A DNA stretch of 64,000 nt, from contig JANLRD010000171.1 of assembly GCA_031368215.1 (NCBI GenBank), positions 13,933 through 77,932 of the forward strand, written 5' to 3'. The position numbers were made by a program, and so were the translations under genes. The DNA is from Acidimicrobiia bacterium (GTDB taxonomy: Bacteria; Actinomycetota; Acidimicrobiia; Acidimicrobiales; JANYDT01). The notes beneath the pieces were generated by a model. That model did not search any database. It had not been told where the DNA came from and was given only the letters and a program-made list of their open reading frames with translations. Each line of letters starts with the position of its first letter. Position 1 is the first letter of the stretch. Shown here piece after piece: positions 17,803 to 27,093 of the stretch.

Positions 17803-19307
17803 ACGACCGTCACCTCGTGCGATTCCCCGGCCATCGCCAGTCCGATCGCCGCTCGGTCAAAGGGAGGGAAGAACGGCCCGAGCAGGCGTCCCCCGGCGAG
17901 AACGACGATCCGGTCCGCTACCGCGAGGAGTTCGTCGAGCTCGGCGCCGATCCAAAGCACGGCAGCACCCTCGTTGGCACACCGGACCAATCGGGCCGCA
18001 ACACTGTCAGCGGCGCCAGGGTCGAGGCCGCGCGTCGGGTAGCACGCAAGCACTGCTTTTGGTGTGCCGTCGAGTTCACGGGCGAGGACGAGCTTCTGGG
18101 CATTGCCGCCCGACAGCGAGGACGCTCTCGCGCCGGGGCCCGACGTGCGAACATCCCAGAGGGCCAACTCATCCACTCGGCCGGCGCGCCGCTTGGTCCG
18201 CGAACGCCGCCACCGCGGAACCCGGCCTAGGTCCAAGTTGTCGGAAAGGTCCATGGAGCCGACGAGACCGAACTGATAGCGGTCCGAAGGTATGTAGGCG
18301 AGGCCGCGCGTTCGACGGCTGCGTGGATTTCCCGGAATCAACGCGAGGCCATCGAGCTCGACTCGCCCCACTTTCATCGCGACGCGGGCCGACACGACGG
18401 CCTCGAGGTCGGACTGCCCGTTGCCGTCGACACCGGCGACGCCGACGATCTCTCCGCCCGCCACCGACAGGTCGATGCTCTTCAGCCTCCCGACCTCGAT
18501 TCCGGAAAGAACCAGGCGGCCGCTGACGCGGCTGCCTTCGCGTCCACCCCGATCGGTGAATGTGCCCGAACTCTCGTGACCGATCATCGCGCTCGCGAGG
18601 CTGGACCTCGTGTGGTTGGCGACCGGTTCGTCTCGAACGACCTCTCGGCCTTCGGCGAGAACCGTCACCCGATCAGCTCCGTCGAAGACTTCCGCCAAAC
18701 GGTGACTGATGAAGGCCAGAGCGCGTCCCTCGGCGGCCAAGGTCCGACACACCGAGAGAAGCGATTCCGCCTCCTGATCCGTGAGCACGGCCGTCGGCTC
18801 ATCGAGCAGCAGAACCCGAGCGTCGGCGTCGAGAGCGCGGAGCAGCTCCAAGCGCTGCTGTTCTCCTACGGAGAGGCGACCGGCCGGTACGTCGTCTCGA
18901 ACGGACAGCCCCGTGCGCTCGATCAACTGCGCCAGGCGCGCCGTTTCGCTTCGGCCGGGTCTGCGTCGCCAGCCATCGGGTCGGGCGAGCACCAAGTTCT
19001 CCGATGCGGTGAGGGTCGGCACCAGTGTGAAGTGCTGCTGCACCAGTGCGACGCCCATTGCCCTCATGCGTTTCGGGTCGAACCGTTCGACGAGCTCGCC
19101 ACCAACTCTGACCGTGCCTTCGTCGGGCCGATCGAGTCCGGCGAGGATCCGCACAAGTGTGGTCTTGCCGGCGCCGTTGGAGCCGAGCAGCGCATGGATC
19201 TCGCCGGCGCGCAAGGTGAGATCCACCCCGCGCAGCGCAAGGGTGTCTCCGAAACGCCGGTGAATTCCGCGCATCTCGACGAGCGACGTGCCGTTGGCTT
19301 CAACCAT
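17799..19307 (-). CDS. ABC transporter ATP-binding protein, duplicated ATPase (sugar/nucleoside-importer type)
   Basis: First Walker A GSNGAGKTT, signature LSVGEQQRLELLRAL, Walker B LLLDEPT, and a second degenerate ABC half (LSGGNAQKLVLAREL). Confidence 0.85.
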   Translation of the reverse strand: MVEANGTSLVEMRGIHRRFGDTLALRGVDLTLRAGEIHALLGSNGAGKTTLVRILAGLDRPDEGTVRVGGELVERFDPKRMRAMGVALVQQHFTLVPTLTASENLVLARPDGWRRRPGRSETARLAQLIERTGLSVRDDVPAGRLSVGEQQRLELLRALDADARVLLLDEPTAVLTDQEAESLLSVCRTLAAEGRALAFISHRLAEVFDGADRVTVLAEGREVVRDEPVANHTRSSLASAMIGHESSGTFTDRGGREGSRVSGRLVLSGIEVGRLKSIDLSVAGGEIVGVAGVDGNGQSDLEAVVSARVAMKVGRVELDGLALIPGNPRSRRTRGLAYIPSDRYQFGLVGSMDLSDNLDLGRVPRWRRSRTKRRAGRVDELALWDVRTSGPGARASSLSGGNAQKLVLARELDGTPKAVLACYPTRGLDPGAADSVAARLVRCANEGAAVLWIGAELDELLAVADRIVVLAGGRLLGPFFPPFDRAAIGLAMAGESHEVTVV

Positions 19308-19354
19308 GTACGACGCACTCTCCTAGGAACGGGCACGTGCCCGCCAATCAGCGA

Positions 19355-19386
19355 GATGCCGGGCGGATACGAGTCCGCCCGGCATC
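19355..19386 (-). other. Intercistronic 13-bp perfect stem-loop between the SBP and ATPase genes
   Basis: gatgccgggcgga-tacgag-tccgcccggcatc, with no following U-tract. A 14-bp palindrome cgggcacgtgcccg lies at 19330-19343. Confidence 0.5.
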
Positions 19387-19418
19387 TTCGCGAGAACATT
19401 CCGTGCTGCGGGAATGCC

Positions 19419-20582
19419 TTACGCAGGCTTGGTGATGAACGGCACCTTGAAGGTGCCGGCCTTGATGTCGGCGAGCTTCGTTTCGTACAGCTTCATGGTG
19501 TCAGCCGGGATCTTCGACGCCCAATCGGGGCTGATGATCATGTCCATGCCGCCGTTGCCGAGGCTGACGGAGTAGTACTGCGCTTCCTTCTTGCCCGCCG
19601 CGACATCGGCGACCATCAAGGCGAAGACCTTGTCGAGGCGCCACGAGAACGATGACAGCACCGACTTGCCAACCTTCGACATGTCACCGACGTAGCCGGT
19701 GGAAACGTCGCCACCGTCGTTCGCCGCTTCGATCTGACCGAAGGTCGGGCCCTGGCCGCAGCCGACGAACATCGTCGCACCCGCTGACTTCTGGGCGAGA
19801 GCTGCCTCCTTCGCCTTCTGCACGTCGTACCAGTCACCAACAGCCACGAACGAACCGGTGGTCGCCGGGAGGACTTCCTTGGCACCGGCGAGGAAGGCTT
19901 CGTACATCGAGTAGCAGACCGGGATCTCGAACCCTCCGGCTCCGGCGACCTTGCCCTTCCCTTGAACGCCGGCGGCGAGAATTCCGGAGAGGTACGACGC
20001 CTCGAAGAACGGCTGGTCGTAGTCGCCCACGTTCGCCTTCACATCACCGAAGCCGCCGGCGTAGGAGAAAATCGTGTTGGGGAAGTCTGCCGCCACTTTC
20101 TTCACGTCGTCGCCGTAGTTGAACGAGTGCGCCACGATCGGGTTGAAACCGGCTTCGGCGAGCGCACGGAGAGCACGCTCGGCCTCGGCGCCCGGTGGCA
20201 CGTTTTCCTGGAGCTGGATCTCCGAGACAAGCCCGGCTTTCTTGAGCTCATTGGCGCCGTTGAAGGCCGCTTCGCCCCACGAGCCATCCGCCCATTCGGC
20301 CGAGTAGATCATGCCGAACTTCGGCAAGCCGGCGGCCGCGGGAGCAGCGGCCGATTCGGCGGCCGCGGCAGTTTCGACGGCAGCAGCAGTTTCGGTCGGC
20401 GCGGCCGTATCAGCAGCAGCCGCGGCAGTCTCGGCGGCGGCGGTCTCGGCGGCGGCAGTTTCGGCCGCGGCCGTGGTGTTGGAGCTCTTGTCACTCGAAC
20501 AGCCTGCGGCGATGAGGGAGAGCGACAGAAGGGCGCCGACAAGGAACTTTCGGCGGGAGCGGAGGAGTGGGGGCGTGGTCAT
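19419..20582 (-). CDS. BMP-family (PnrA/Med-like) ABC substrate-binding lipoprotein
   Basis: Signal peptide with lipobox LIAAGCSS, a long Ala/Glu/Thr linker, then a BMP-like body (...FNPIVAHSFNYGDDVKKVAADFPNTIFSYAGG...). Confidence 0.8.
   Translation of the reverse strand: MTTPPLLRSRRKFLVGALLSLSLIAAGCSSDKSSNTTAAAETAAAETAAAETAAAAADTAAPTETAAAVETAAAAESAAAPAAAGLPKFGMIYSAEWADGSWGEAAFNGANELKKAGLVSEIQLQENVPPGAEAERALRALAEAGFNPIVAHSFNYGDDVKKVAADFPNTIFSYAGGFGDVKANVGDYDQPFFEASYLSGILAAGVQGKGKVAGAGGFEIPVCYSMYEAFLAGAKEVLPATTGSFVAVGDWYDVQKAKEAALAQKSAGATMFVGCGQGPTFGQIEAANDGGDVSTGYVGDMSKVGKSVLSSFSWRLDKVFALMVADVAAGKKEAQYYSVSLGNGGMDMIISPDWASKIPADTMKLYETKLADIKAGTFKVPFITKPA
20421..20465. repeat. 15-bp tandem repeat x3 inside the lipoprotein linker (encodes TAAAE repeats)
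   Basis: cgcggcagtctcggc / ggcggcggtctcggc / ggcggcagtttcggc. The wider low-complexity tract spans about 20335-20480. Confidence 0.7.
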
Positions 20583-20696
20583 GAGCGCAAACGTAGCTGA
20601 GCGAGGCCATCCGATGTCGAGTCAGGCAAGCACTCTTCACACTGCGGAAACGCACCCACCAGGGTCTTTGGGGCTCCCCAGGGTCGCTTTGGCGGC

Positions 20697-22484
20697 TTAC
20701 TCGACGTTCGCCGAGGTCCCGTACCGGACACCTCGCTCGATCAGCCAGCGCCGGTAGGCGAGGCTCGTCTGGTCGGCGCGTTGGTGCACCTCACGCGACG
20801 GCGAGAGGGGGAGTCGCACAGGACGCTGCGACTCGACGATGTCAACGTCCTGCTCGAAGATCAGCGCGCCGAACGCATTGAAGGCGGCGAGGTCGGCATC
20901 GGGGTTATAGGAAGTGGTGATCATCCACGCCCGGTTCGAACCCTCGGTCTCCGGGCTCACCGCGAGCAAAATCTCGAAACCGTCCCGCGCTCCCCCGTCG
21001 GCCTCACTTGGGATCTTCACGAGCCGCGCGGCGTAGGGATGCGACACACCGTAGGTGTACGTAACAATGCCGCCCTCGCCCCCGGATGGACCGGGTTGCG
21101 GCTGGAAGAACACGCAGTTCGTGGCCAACAACTCGCCGTCGACGACACGGACGGCGTAGTCGGACACCTCAGTTTCGGGAACCCGGCCGAGATACCCCTC
21201 ATGGACGAAGGGGAAGTGCGCCATGTCGAGAAAGTTCTCCACGATGCGAGGGCCTGACGAGCGCACCCGCTTCGACGCACAGATGGTCGTGAGGCCCGGG
21301 TGGGCTTCGAAGGCGTCGTAAAAGGGGAGATTGCGGGGCTCGTCGCCGATGCACATCCACCACAGACCGAACGCCTCCCGGACCCGGACGGCGGGCAAAC
21401 CGGCAGCAGCAGGAGGGATCCCGTCCGGATGCGCCGGCTGGTGGACGCAGCGTCCATCGGCTCCGAACTGCCAGCCGTGATAGCTGCACCGCAGCCGATC
21501 TCCGTCGAATGACCCGAGACTCAGCTGGGCTCCTCGGTGCGGACAGGTGTCCCGGGTGACGAGAACACCGCCATCGTTTCCGCACAACAGCACGTAACGC
21601 TCGTCGAGCAGCGTGAACGGATACATCGATCCGGGCGTCACTTCCGCGGCGGTCGCGACCGGGAACCATTCATTCACGATCGGGTCGGGCGCCACCGAGT
21701 GCTCGGTGTTCTGCGTTGCTTCCGCCGGTCGGGAGATGCTCACCGGACGGCCACCGGAACCCGATGCGACCACGGTTGTTCCTCTCGAGATGCTGACCGA
21801 GGTCCCTTCCGCGCCCGACGACGCCGTCGTCGTCGATTTCGCGGGGATGTCCGGTGCAGCCGGATAGATACCCGGCATGACGGTGAATCCGGGGGTCCGC
21901 TTGAAACGGTCGGTCCATCGGCGAAGCGCCGGGTAGTCGACCAGGCTGATGCCACCCTGCTCGGCGAGCATCACGTCCGGGAAGAGCGCGAGATCGGCAA
22001 TGGTCGGATGGGGGGCTCTGGCAACCCAGTCGCGGCTCTCCTGTTCCTGGAACCACAGGTGCTCGTCGAGGACGCGGAACAACCGATGAGCCCCGGAGCG
22101 CACCGCGTCGATGTCGAACGGGTAGCCGAGCGTGTCGTGAAGCCGGGCCGCGGACGCGGTGTTCGTCGTGCCCTCGGCGAAGAGCATCCACGACGCCACC
22201 TCGCCCAGGACCTCCGGGTCATGCGTCGGGTACCACTGCCCGCTCGCGTCGTACTTCGCCGACAGGTACACGAGGATCGCGTGGGCATCGCGCAGGATGT
22301 AACCGTCGTCGTCGATCACCGGGATGTGTCCGAGCGGGTTGATCTCGGCGAAGGCTTCGCCCTTGTGTTCCCAACCGGGGAAGAAATCGATCAGGACCGA
22401 CTCGAAGGACACGCCGAGGATGTTCATCAGCAGCCGCTGCTTGTAGCAGTTGACCGAGAGTTCGTAGTCGTAGAGCTTGATCAT
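20697..22484 (-). CDS. Glutathione S-transferase domain fused to a complete Rieske non-haem iron oxygenase
   Basis: The GST part runs MIKLYDYELSVNCYKQRLLMN...INPLGHIPVIDDDGYILRDAHAILVYL... A Ser/Thr/Gly linker follows, then Rieske CPHRG-x16-CSYHGW and the iron motif ENFLDMAHFPFVH. It is a single ORF with no internal stop. Start at 22484 with GAGGTGA 7 nt upstream. Confidence 0.75.
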   Translation of the reverse strand: MIKLYDYELSVNCYKQRLLMNILGVSFESVLIDFFPGWEHKGEAFAEINPLGHIPVIDDDGYILRDAHAILVYLSAKYDASGQWYPTHDPEVLGEVASWMLFAEGTTNTASAARLHDTLGYPFDIDAVRSGAHRLFRVLDEHLWFQEQESRDWVARAPHPTIADLALFPDVMLAEQGGISLVDYPALRRWTDRFKRTPGFTVMPGIYPAAPDIPAKSTTTASSGAEGTSVSISRGTTVVASGSGGRPVSISRPAEATQNTEHSVAPDPIVNEWFPVATAAEVTPGSMYPFTLLDERYVLLCGNDGGVLVTRDTCPHRGAQLSLGSFDGDRLRCSYHGWQFGADGRCVHQPAHPDGIPPAAAGLPAVRVREAFGLWWMCIGDEPRNLPFYDAFEAHPGLTTICASKRVRSSGPRIVENFLDMAHFPFVHEGYLGRVPETEVSDYAVRVVDGELLATNCVFFQPQPGPSGGEGGIVTYTYGVSHPYAARLVKIPSEADGGARDGFEILLAVSPETEGSNRAWMITTSYNPDADLAAFNAFGALIFEQDVDIVESQRPVRLPLSPSREVHQRADQTSLAYRRWLIERGVRYGTSANVE

Positions 22485-22501
22485 CTCGTCACCTCGGTAC
22501 A

Positions 22502-24304
22502 CTAAATGTCGAGTACGAGTCGAGGGGTTCGCGACCGCGACACACAGATGGTCATGCGGTTTCCTGCGGCTCGTTCGGAATCGTTGAGGTACACGTCTTG
22601 ATGGTCGGGTTCGCCGGCCAGGACCGCTACGACGCAGGTACCGCACGCGCCCTGCTCACATGAGGAGGGCACGGCGACCCCGTTGTTCCGGAGCACCTCC
22701 ATGATCGACGAACCCGGCGGAACGGCCAGGGTGAGGGCCGAGCGGGCGAGCTCTACCTCGAATGCGGTCGACATGTCGAGTGGCGTGGTGTTCTTGAAGT
22801 ACTCGAAATGGACCGCCTGATCGGGCCAGCCCGCCGCTGCAGCGGTGGCGCGCGCGGCGTCGAGCATCGGGCCGGGTCCGCAGATGTAGACATTCTCGCC
22901 CTCGCCCGGACTTTCGAGCAGAGTTCGCAGTGCTTCGCCGGTGGCCGCCGGTGACAATCCGAGATGGAACGTCACCCGATCGCCGAACGCCTCCAGGACC
23001 TCGGCAAACGCAACGTGATCCGGCGACTGGGCGAAGTAGTGCAACGCGAAGTCGAGCGAGCTCGCCTGCAGGGCCTGCGCCATGGACAGCAGAGGTGTCA
23101 CGCCGATCCCTCCGGCGATCAGCACCGTTCTGAACGAGTCGCGCCGCAAAGGGAAGTTGTTGCGCGGTTGGGAGATCGCGAGGACGTCGCCTTCGCGCAC
23201 CAGGTCATGCAGGCACGACGATCCGCCACGCGAAGCGGCTTCGAGCTTGACGCCGATGACGTAGCGGCCCTGCTCACCCGGTCCGTTGACGAGTGAGTAC
23301 TGGCGGATCAAACCGTTCGGCAGGTGCACATCGATGTGGGCCCCCGGCTGGAAGGTCGGGAGTTGGCCCTCGACGGGATCGAACTCGAACGAGACGATGC
23401 CCTCGCCCACATCTCGCTTGCGGGCCACGACCACCCGCACGAGTCCGCCGACTCGCCCCTCGACGGCGGTCTCCGGCATTGTCGAGAGTTCGAGCGACAC
23501 CTGGCCGATCCTTGCCACCATCGGCTCCGGTGTCGGTCGCTTCTTGGCCTCGGCCTCGCGGGCATCACGGAGCCGGTTGATCCTGGATGCGTGATAGCGG
23601 AGGACCGCCAGTTCCGAGCCCGGCTCGGGTGACCGGCTCAGCACACTGCGGATCACCGACCTGGCCGAGTCGACCGGCTGCACGAAGAACACGATTGTGG
23701 ACTTCGCCTCTGGAGCTTCGCCGAGCTGGATCGAGGTGAGTTCGATCCAACCGTCGCCCCGGTTCGTGACCGAGACCAGCGCGTCGGCGTGTTCAGCCGT
23801 CCCGTGCCCGGCGTCGGGGACCTCCGTCGACGGGACGAAGTGGTATGAAGCCAACGCGTCGAGCACGACGTGCGGCTCGACGTTCGCCGGCACGGAACGC
23901 AGAGCGAACGGATCGCCTGTGTCGAGACTCGCGATCACCGGGACATCACCTTGCGGTGCCTCCCCCGTCCACACGAACCCGTAGCGCTCGACCATCGGGA
24001 ACGTGACGTTGCAGATCGTGCGCGCCGGCGCGTCTGCGGGATGGGCGGGGATGTAGGTGCAGCCGGCCGATCGGTTGGCGTAGCGCCACCCGTGATACTG
24101 GCAGCGCAGTTCCCGTCCTTCGTTGTGGCCGAGCGTGAGGCGGACGCCGCGGTGGAGGCAGCGGTTCTCCCACACGTTCACGTACCCATCGTCGGCACGC
24201 CAGAGGGCGAGTTCACGGCCGAGGAGCAGACCGTGGAAGACGTGTCGCGGCGGCAGGTCGTCGCTCCGGGCCACCGGATACCAGTTGGCCGTCAGATCTT
24301 CCAT
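22502..24304 (-). CDS. Oxygenase reductase with extra N-terminal Rieske domain (Rieske + FNR-like flavin/NAD module + plant-type [2Fe-2S] ferredoxin; NdmD-like architecture)
   Basis: CLHRG-x16-CQYHGW; RQYSL and LIAGGIGVTPLLSM; C-terminal CEQGACGTC...ICVSR. Confidence 0.8.
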   Translation of the reverse strand: MEDLTANWYPVARSDDLPPRHVFHGLLLGRELALWRADDGYVNVWENRCLHRGVRLTLGHNEGRELRCQYHGWRYANRSAGCTYIPAHPADAPARTICNVTFPMVERYGFVWTGEAPQGDVPVIASLDTGDPFALRSVPANVEPHVVLDALASYHFVPSTEVPDAGHGTAEHADALVSVTNRGDGWIELTSIQLGEAPEAKSTIVFFVQPVDSARSVIRSVLSRSPEPGSELAVLRYHASRINRLRDAREAEAKKRPTPEPMVARIGQVSLELSTMPETAVEGRVGGLVRVVVARKRDVGEGIVSFEFDPVEGQLPTFQPGAHIDVHLPNGLIRQYSLVNGPGEQGRYVIGVKLEAASRGGSSCLHDLVREGDVLAISQPRNNFPLRRDSFRTVLIAGGIGVTPLLSMAQALQASSLDFALHYFAQSPDHVAFAEVLEAFGDRVTFHLGLSPAATGEALRTLLESPGEGENVYICGPGPMLDAARATAAAAGWPDQAVHFEYFKNTTPLDMSTAFEVELARSALTLAVPPGSSIMEVLRNNGVAVPSSCEQGACGTCVVAVLAGEPDHQDVYLNDSERAAGNRMTICVSRSRTPRLVLDI

Positions 24305-24334
24305 GGCGGTTTCGCTCTCGACGCTTCGTGGTGA

Positions 24335-25249
24335 CTACGCGGCAGGAATGACGCCGTAGGTCAGACCCTTGTCGGAGAGCCAGCGCCGGTAGTGGATCGC
24401 GCTCTTGTCGGCGCGGATCGGCGTTTCGGCACGTGGGTCGAGGGGGAGCCGCTTCGGATACTGGCTTTCGAGGATCGTCTTGTCCTGCCCGAAGATCAGC
24501 TGCTGGAAATGCCGAAGGGTGTTGTCGGTGCTCACGTCATCGACCATGGCGAGGAAGTTGTGGGCCCGGATGCGTTCCTCGGTCATCGGCTGGTTGAACA
24601 GCGCGATCACGTCCATGCGGCTCGGGTCGGCGTGCACCGACTTGTAGAGCATCACGCAGTACGGGTGGGGCACCCGATACGTGTAGTTGGTGACCTGGCC
24701 ACCGGCGGCGCTCGCCGCGGCAACCGGTTGGTAGAACTTGCAACCCGTTGCCAGCACCTGGGCCTCGGTCGTCTCGACGTTGTACTCGACCACTTCGGTG
24801 CGCGGCTCGATGCCGAGAAGTCCGGTGTGCACGTACGGGAAGTGGCCCATGTCGAGGAAATTCTCCACCGCACGCGGTGCGGAGACGCTGACCATCAGGC
24901 TCCCGCCGTTGAGGATCCGACGGTCGGCTTCGTCGCACTCCGGGATGTCGAAGATCTCGTGGTCCGGATTGCCGAGCGTGGTCCAGAGATACCCGAACTT
25001 GACTCGTGTCGGGAGTGGATCGGTCACCGTCGTGGGGTCCATCTCCGCACCTGCGGCCGAGCCGACCAGACCGGAGGGATCGGCCTCACTCGCCCAGACG
25101 AATGGTCGGCCAACGCTGTCGCGGGTGTAGCTGATCGCCTGGCCGAGGAGCAACGTGCGGTGAAGCCGGAACGGGACAACTTCATCAAGCGCGCTCAGCG
25201 GGTGCCATTCGTGGAGGACCACAGGGTCGACGAGTACAGGCGAACACAC
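24335..25249 (-). CDS. Rieske-oxygenase catalytic-domain protein lacking the Rieske cluster ligands (NdmC-like architecture)
   Basis: Iron motif [13 protein letters not shown] and C-terminal [13 protein letters not shown]...IHYRRWL. There is no CxH...CxxH in the N-terminal 100 aa. GTG start. Confidence 0.75.
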   Translation of the reverse strand: MCSPVLVDPVVLHEWHPLSALDEVVPFRLHRTLLLGQAISYTRDSVGRPFVWASEADPSGLVGSAAGAEMDPTTVTDPLPTRVKFGYLWTTLGNPDHEIFDIPECDEADRRILNGGSLMVSVSAPRAVENFLDMGHFPYVHTGLLGIEPRTEVVEYNVETTEAQVLATGCKFYQPVAAASAAGGQVTNYTYRVPHPYCVMLYKSVHADPSRMDVIALFNQPMTEERIRAHNFLAMVDDVSTDNTLRHFQQLIFGQDKTILESQYPKRLPLDPRAETPIRADKSAIHYRRWLSDKGLTYGVIPAA

Positions 25250-25352
25250 GGGTCCAATATTGCACTCTCACAGCGCCGGCACCGCCGAGGGGCGGGCCTC
25301 CGTCCACCGGACCACTACGCAGCGGCGCAGCCCGGCTCCTACGCTGGCCGCC

Positions 25353-27002
25353 ATGAGCTCTCCCCGTGCCGGTCAACGTGCCCAGATCTCCGACCTCGAG
25401 GACATCGCGCAGCTCGTCACGTCGTACTACTCGCTGAGCCCTGACCTCTCCGATCCGGCGCAGCGTGTCGCGTTCGGGACGTCGGGACACCGCGGGTCCA
25501 GCCTGGACGGCGCGTTCAACGACGCCCACATCGCGGCAACCACGCAGGCGATCTGCGAATACCGCCAGGGACAGGGCATCGGTGGTCCGCTCTTCCTCGG
25601 TCGCGACACCCATGCGCTGAGCGTCCCCGCCCACGCGACCGCGCTCGAAGTGCTCGCCGCGAACGGAGTCACGACGATGGTCGACGCCGCCGACCGCTAC
25701 GCACCGACACCCGCCGTCTCGCACGCCATCATCGCGATGAACCGGGGACGCGCAGCGACGGACACCGGGCGTGCTGATGGCATCGTCGTCACCCCGTCGC
25801 ACAACCCACCCCGCGATGGCGGGTTCAAGTACAACCCTCCGCATGGCGGTCCTGCCGACACCGATGCCACGGGATGGATCGCCGGCCGGGCGAACGAGAT
25901 CCTCGAAGCGGGCGGCAAGGGCATCAAGCGCATCAGTCTCGCCCGAGCCATCACGGCCGACACTACGTACACGTACGATTACCTCGGCACATACGTCGAT
26001 GATCTCCCGAACGTCGTCGACCTCGATGCCATACGCGCCGCCGGCATCCGAATCGGTGCAGATCCGCTCGGTGGAGCGAGCGTCGACTACTGGGGCGCTA
26101 TCGCGGAACGACATCGACTCGACCTCACCGTCATCAACCCTGTCGTGGACCCCACGTGGCGCTTCATGACCCTCGATTGGGACGGCAAGATCCGGATGGA
26201 CTGCTCGTCACCCAACGCCATGGCATCACTCATCGCCAACCGTGATGCGTTCCAGATCTCGACCGGCAACGACGCGGATTCCGACCGCCATGGCATTGTC
26301 ACGCCCGATGGCGGGCTGATGAACCCCAACCACTTCCTCGCGGTGGCGATCGACTACCTGTTCTCACACCGGAGCGGATGGCGGGGCGACTGCGCAATCG
26401 GTAAGACGCTCGTGTCCTCATCGATGATCGACCGGGTGGCGGGAGTGTTGGGGCGCCGCCTCATCGAAGTCCCGGTCGGCTTCAAGTGGTTCGTGCCGGG
26501 GTTGTCCGACGGATCGATCGGCTTTGGTGGGGAAGAGTCGGCCGGGGCATCGTTCCTCCGCAAGGACGGCAGCGTATGGACCACCGACAAGGACGGGATC
26601 ATCCTGTGCCTCCTTGCTGCCGAGATTCTGGCCATCACCGGTTCATCACCGAGCGAGCACTACCGCCGTCTCACCGACTCCTTCGGTGACCCCGCCTACG
26701 CGCGCGTCGATGCGCCGGCGACGCGTGATCAAAAGGCCGTGCTCGCGAAGCTCGCCCCGGAACAGGTCACCGCGACGATGCTCGCCGGCGAGGCGATCAC
26801 CGCGAAGCTCACCGCCGCGCCCGGGAACGGCGCGACCATCGGCGGGCTCAAGGTCAGCACCGAGAACGCCTGGTTCGCGGCACGCCCCAGCGGCACCGAA
26901 GACGTCTACAAGATCTACGCGGAATCCTTCCGAGGGCCCGAGCACCTCGTCGAGGTCCAGGCCGCGGCACGGGCACTCGTGAGCGAAGTCCTCGGCGCCT
27001 GA
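25353..27002 (+). CDS. pgm: Phosphoglucomutase, alpha-D-glucose phosphate-specific
   Basis: [10 protein letters not shown], active-site [36 protein letters not shown]-type metal loop; about 549 aa from the internal Met MSSPRAG. Confidence 0.9.
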   Translation: MSSPRAGQRAQISDLEDIAQLVTSYYSLSPDLSDPAQRVAFGTSGHRGSSLDGAFNDAHIAATTQAICEYRQGQGIGGPLFLGRDTHALSVPAHATALEVLAANGVTTMVDAADRYAPTPAVSHAIIAMNRGRAATDTGRADGIVVTPSHNPPRDGGFKYNPPHGGPADTDATGWIAGRANEILEAGGKGIKRISLARAITADTTYTYDYLGTYVDDLPNVVDLDAIRAAGIRIGADPLGGASVDYWGAIAERHRLDLTVINPVVDPTWRFMTLDWDGKIRMDCSSPNAMASLIANRDAFQISTGNDADSDRHGIVTPDGGLMNPNHFLAVAIDYLFSHRSGWRGDCAIGKTLVSSSMIDRVAGVLGRRLIEVPVGFKWFVPGLSDGSIGFGGEESAGASFLRKDGSVWTTDKDGIILCLLAAEILAITGSSPSEHYRRLTDSFGDPAYARVDAPATRDQKAVLAKLAPEQVTATMLAGEAITAKLTAAPGNGATIGGLKVSTENAWFAARPSGTEDVYKIYAESFRGPEHLVEVQAAARALVSEVLGA

Positions 27003-27093
27003 GGGCATCTCGACTTCCCGAGTTCTGCGGAGCGCCCCATGACGGTTACCCGCAATTCGTCTGGCCGACACGTTGCCGAACCAGCCTGGGTAC

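Noticed and set aside
20335-20480. GC-rich tandem repeats, considered as a possible CRISPR or VNTR locus.
   Set aside because: The units are contiguous with no spacers, lie in frame inside a lipoprotein gene, and encode an Ala/Glu/Thr linker.
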